A DNA stretch of 64,000 bases from contig JAQBVF010000001.1 of assembly GCA_027623675.1 (NCBI GenBank), positions 64,001 through 128,000 of the forward strand, given 5' to 3'. Each line of letters opens with the position of its first letter. Position 1 is the stretch's first letter. A model generated the notes under the pieces. The model was not told the DNA's origin. It ran no database searches and saw nothing but the letters and a program-made list of their open reading frames with translations. This stretch comes from Chloroflexota bacterium. Lineage in GTDB: Bacteria > Chloroflexota > Dehalococcoidia > Lucifugimonadales > UBA3495. This document shows, one piece after another, positions 61,809 through 64,000 of the stretch. Both the position numbers and the translations under genes were made by a program.

Positions 61809-62348
61809 ATGCCAGAACTGAGCAAGAAAGATGAGACCCGCATGGTGCGCTACCGGGGCCAGAGCCTGCGGTTGCTGCAAGACGCCATGGACGAGATTCG
61901 CGTCGGCCGCTGGCTGCGCTGCGAGGAACTTCTCTGGGGCAGCCTGACGCTGGCGGTGAAGGGCGTGGCCCTGGCCCGGGGGCGGGATCTGGACGGAGCC
62001 AAGGCCGTCGAGGAATACGCCATAGAGTTGGGCAACGAGAACCGGGACCGCCGGATCAGAGAGGCTTTCACGAAGCTGGGGACATTCGGCGAGACCGCGG
62101 AGAGGGTGAACGAGGCCCGGATCAGGGCCGACCATCTGGTAAACACGCTGGAAGATGTCACCGGGGCGGTCGAGCGGCTCTGGGACATGGCGCCCGGCGG
62201 CGACCTGCTCTCCAGGCTGGTCCAGGGCGACTTCGACGCACCGGAAGAAACAGACAATGATCACGGCCTAAGCCTGCTTAACGGCCCAACGCAAGAGGAA
62301 CTGGACGAACTGGAAGACATGGACGGAGGCCCCCTTGGCCAGGTCTGA
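61809..62348 (+). CDS. PaREP1-like (HEPN-fold) protein
   Basis: LLQDAMDEI..G...CEELLWGSLTLAVKGVA matches the PaREP1 pattern; acidic tail. Confidence 0.6.
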   Translation: MPELSKKDETRMVRYRGQSLRLLQDAMDEIRVGRWLRCEELLWGSLTLAVKGVALARGRDLDGAKAVEEYAIELGNENRDRRIREAFTKLGTFGETAERVNEARIRADHLVNTLEDVTGAVERLWDMAPGGDLLSRLVQGDFDAPEETDNDHGLSLLNGPTQEELDELEDMDGGPLGQV

Positions 62349-63693
62349 TCAACGGGCCGGCCAACCGGACGCCGCAACCGATATGGGGCGTCAGCCCACC
62401 GTGTCCATCCACACCCAGGGCTGCAAGCTGAACCAGGCCGACAGTCAGGCGCTGGCCCGGCAATTTGAGCAGGCCGGTTTCACCCTGGTGCGTACCCCGG
62501 CACGGGCCAACGTGGTGGTGTTGAATTCCTGCACCGTGACCGCGACCTCCGATGCCAAAGCCCGCCAGTACCTGCGACGCGCCCGCCGGACCAACCCCGA
62601 TGCCTTGGTGGTCGCCACCGGCTGCTACGCCCAGCGGGCCAAGCAAGACCTGGCGGCGATGGATGCCGTATCTTTGGTTCTGGACAACCGCGACAAGCCG
62701 CAACTGGTTTCAACGGTGGCCGGCAGGCTGGATGCCGCGCCGGTACGGTCCATGGCAAGCGGTGCTTCGCCCCTGGACCTGTACGCGGGCCGAACCAGGG
62801 CCATGGTGAAGATACAGGAGGGCTGCGACCAGGTCTGCGCCTACTGCATCGTGCCCAAGGTCAGAGGCCGGGAGAGGAGCATCCCACCCGAGGAGATAAT
62901 CGCCCAGATAAATGGGCGGGCCGCGGAAGGCTGCCGGGAGGCGGTATTGACCGGCACCCAACTGGGCACCTACGGGTTCGACCTGCCGGACATTAGCCTG
63001 AGGGACCTGGTGGCGCGGATATTGGCCGAGACGACCGTCGACCGGTTGCGGGTGTCTTCCCTCCAAGCCCAGGAGATCACCCCGGAGTTGTTAGACCTGT
63101 GGCAGGACCCGCGGCTCTGCCCCCATTTCCACATCCCGCTGCAGAGTGGCAGCGACACCATCCTGCGGGCCATGCGCCGCCGCTACGACACCGCCCGGTT
63201 CGCGGAAACGGTGGAGTTGGTGCGGTCTAGGATCCCGGACGCTGGTATCACCACCGATATCATTGCCGGCTTCCCCGGCGAGGGCGTAAGGGAGTTTGCC
63301 GAGAGTTACAGTTTCGCCGCGTCCATGGGCTTCAGCGACATGCACGTGTTCCCCTACTCCATCAGGCCGGGAACGTCGGCGGCCCATCTTGGCGGGCAGG
63401 TCAACGACGCCCGGAAACAGGAGCGGACCGGTGAGCTGCTGGAACTGGCGGCCGCCGCCGGCCTGGAATTCCGCCGGGCGGCATTGGGCCAGACCAGGCC
63501 AGTACTCTGGAAACCCGCCGGCCTAGATAACCGCCCAAAAAGCGCCGACGGGTATTGGACCGGACTCACCGACAATTACCTTAGAGTGCGGGCGCAGTCC
63601 GACCAGGACTTGGGCAACGTCATCAAAGACGTGCGGTTAACAGGTCTACCTAAGGAAATGGACCATGGCTTGGTCACAGGCGAAGTCGTCTGA
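62335..63693 (+). CDS. mtaB: tRNA t6A methylthiotransferase
   Basis: TQGCKLNQADS, NSCTVT, TGCYAQ, KIQEGCDQVCAYC, HVFPYS.RPGT.A and TDNY motifs. Confidence 0.93.
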   Translation: MARSDQRAGQPDAATDMGRQPTVSIHTQGCKLNQADSQALARQFEQAGFTLVRTPARANVVVLNSCTVTATSDAKARQYLRRARRTNPDALVVATGCYAQRAKQDLAAMDAVSLVLDNRDKPQLVSTVAGRLDAAPVRSMASGASPLDLYAGRTRAMVKIQEGCDQVCAYCIVPKVRGRERSIPPEEIIAQINGRAAEGCREAVLTGTQLGTYGFDLPDISLRDLVARILAETTVDRLRVSSLQAQEITPELLDLWQDPRLCPHFHIPLQSGSDTILRAMRRRYDTARFAETVELVRSRIPDAGITTDIIAGFPGEGVREFAESYSFAASMGFSDMHVFPYSIRPGTSAAHLGGQVNDARKQERTGELLELAAAAGLEFRRAALGQTRPVLWKPAGLDNRPKSADGYWTGLTDNYLRVRAQSDQDLGNVIKDVRLTGLPKEMDHGLVTGEVV

Positions 63694-63892
63694 TCGACTC
63701 CCCCGGACTTCGCGTGGGCTAGTCCAACTGTTCTTCCCTCGTCAGGGCAGTTAGGACATCGGCAGTTGGCTCCCGCAGCCGGCAGTCCTGCCGGCATCAA
63801 GCCTTTGCCAGATTGTGTTCCCCTTCTGGTTATCCGATATTAAGTTGTACGCCATCGGGCCGATAGTTCGGCCACCGGATGTTTAACCCGGT

Positions 63893-64000
63893 CTACAGAT
63901 CAACGGGTCTGAGATAGCCCATCTCACCGCGGCGCTCAAGATATCCCGCTTTGATATCGTGGCCGTGGGAGAAGACCAACAACCAGCCCTGTTGTTCGGC
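63893..64000 (-). CDS. C-terminal end of a gene entering from the right, probably an MBL-fold hydrolase
   Basis: Reverse translation gives AEQQGWLLVFSHGHDIKAGYLERRGEMGYLRPVDL*. Confidence 0.5.
   Translation of the reverse strand, partial: AEQQGWLLVFSHGHDIKAGYLERRGEMGYLRPVDL

Overview
This is a GC-rich bacterial chromosomal segment. Gene content and style (T-boxes, greA with an N-terminal extension, fused accD-accA, TRAP/GMC/SDR genes) suggest Chloroflexota Dehalococcoidia/SAR202-like, which is an inference. Most of it is housekeeping and metabolism: rpiB, otsBA, tyrA-aroA-gmk-lipA, metG, ilvBNC-leuA, greA, a PEPCK-like gene, fumC, tilS, tsaD and mtaB. Notable points: (1) Two acetohydroxyacid synthase paralogs sit behind a Leu T-box and an Ile T-box, and they differ at the Trp that sets 2-ketobutyrate preference in the direction the regulation predicts. 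(2) A peroxiredoxin missing from the ORF track has an in-frame TGA at the peroxidatic Cys position and is a likely selenoprotein. (3) An AT-richer, translationally coupled two-gene insert (soluble protein + 4-TM protein) between metG and the ilv leader is a candidate uncharacterised defence module. (4) GreA is fused to a domain resembling a tyrosine-recombinase core-binding domain. (5) A variable-cargo hotspot between leuA and an MBL nuclease gene holds nested gene remnants and an intact IS3 element splitting a Na+ symporter. (6) Several enzymes have altered catalytic motifs: Mrp without CxxC, AccDA with changed oxyanion-hole glycines, and an Fe-ADH lacking metal ligands. No rRNA, tRNA or CRISPR array was seen.
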